Of a stretch of 59,632 nucleotides of DNA, positions 59,197 to 59,632 are shown piece by piece. Under the pieces are notes generated by a model that made no database searches, was not told the DNA's origin, and was given only the letters and a program-made list of their open reading frames with translations. The stretch comes from a virus, in IMG/VR virus record IMGVR_UViG_3300037308_000149, positions 1-59,632 of that record; one strand, written 5' to 3'. Position numbers and translations under genes: made by a program. The number at the start of each line of letters is the position of its first letter. The first letter of the stretch is position 1.

Positions 59197-59632
59197 TTGC
59201 TATCACCGCCCTCCTCACACGCGAACGTCCTCTGGTGGCTGGTCCTTCAGGCCCACCAAAGTATCCGCGGAAGAATCTGCCCAGGGCCTCAGGGCCATGG
59301 TTGTCCTTGTCCAACGGCATCTCCGGTTGAGCTCTGACTGATTCTTCCTTCGTCTCTGGGTATCGGTAGTCCTGCATCTCTCTGATGAGACCTCCGTCGC
59401 CAAGCGGAAGACCAATACATGACCGATCGATGAACAACTTGGGCTTCCGCTTCTCATCAGGGTGGCCCTCACTCTCCCAATCATACTTGAGTTGGTTGCG
59501 GATGAGTTCCAGCCGCCACTTCAGTTCGCCGCCGGTGTCCTTGTTCACCGTCACATGGAGAGCCTTCTCCAGCACCGCTGTCTCTGATGGGTCAGCGGGC
59601 TCAGGAAACAACACGCTGGCATTCCTGGCCCA
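59186..59632 (-). CDS. terL: Terminase large subunit, C-terminal (nuclease) part. It is contiguous with 1..1087 across the 127-bp overlap.
   Basis: It has DKDNHGPEALGRFFRGYFG. The joined ORF is 1087 + 320 = 1407 nt (468 aa). Confidence 0.9.
   Translation of the reverse strand, partial: WARNASVLFPEPADPSETAVLEKALHVTVNKDTGGELKWRLELIRNQLKYDWESEGHPDEKRKPKLFIDRSCIGLPLGDGGLIREMQDYRYPETKEESVRAQPEMPLDKDNHGPEALGRFFRGYFGGPEGPATRGRSRVRRAVIANAR
59506..59632. repeat. Terminal direct repeat copy 2 (identical to 1..127)
   Basis: Read directly. Confidence 0.95.

Overview
The window appears to be one complete, GC-rich dsDNA tailed-phage genome with siphovirus-type structural genes: a tape measure and a major tail protein, with no sheath gene. 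Bases 1-127 are identical to bases 59506-59632, so the unique length is 59,505 bp. The linear cut falls inside the terminase large subunit gene, which is complete only when the two ends are joined. Every gene I can support lies on the minus strand. The long plus-strand ORFs read as antisense shadows of a GC-rich coding strand. Modules, in transcription order (high to low coordinates): (1) terL (wraps 1087..1 and 59505..59186), portal, MuF-like head protein, an ADP-ribosyltransferase-like ORF, scaffold, decoration-like protein, major capsid, connectors, major tail, chaperones, tape measure, and a 1249-aa tail-tip/fibre protein, down to 43.25 kb. (2) A repeat-dense ~650-bp non-coding hub at 42.6-43.25 kb. 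(3) An early region of very small ORFs and DNA-binding proteins at 36-42.6 kb. (4) A replication, recombination and nucleotide block at 16.8-35.6 kb. It holds an SNF2 helicase, ThyX, a Cas4-like exonuclease, a Sak4-like ATPase, an SSB-like protein, a primase-helicase and DnaE. Interleaved with these are a glycosyltransferase, methyltransferase, SDR, HAD and flavoprotein gene set and a secreted Rpf-like transglycosylase. (5) A block at 1.1-15 kb containing RuvC, a TerS-like gene, small membrane proteins, two sulfotransferase-like genes in total (one here at 7.8 kb, one at 15.6 kb), and a 1636-aa protein with about 40 tandem ~20-residue repeats that I cannot assign to a known family. I saw no integrase, repressor, tRNA or CRISPR array. 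An actinobacterial host is inferred from the Rpf-like domain, the Lys/Ala/Pro-rich histone-like tails and the strong AAGGAGG ribosome-binding sites; it is not proven. All family names come from motif recognition by eye. No database search or computation beyond hand translation and coordinate arithmetic was possible.
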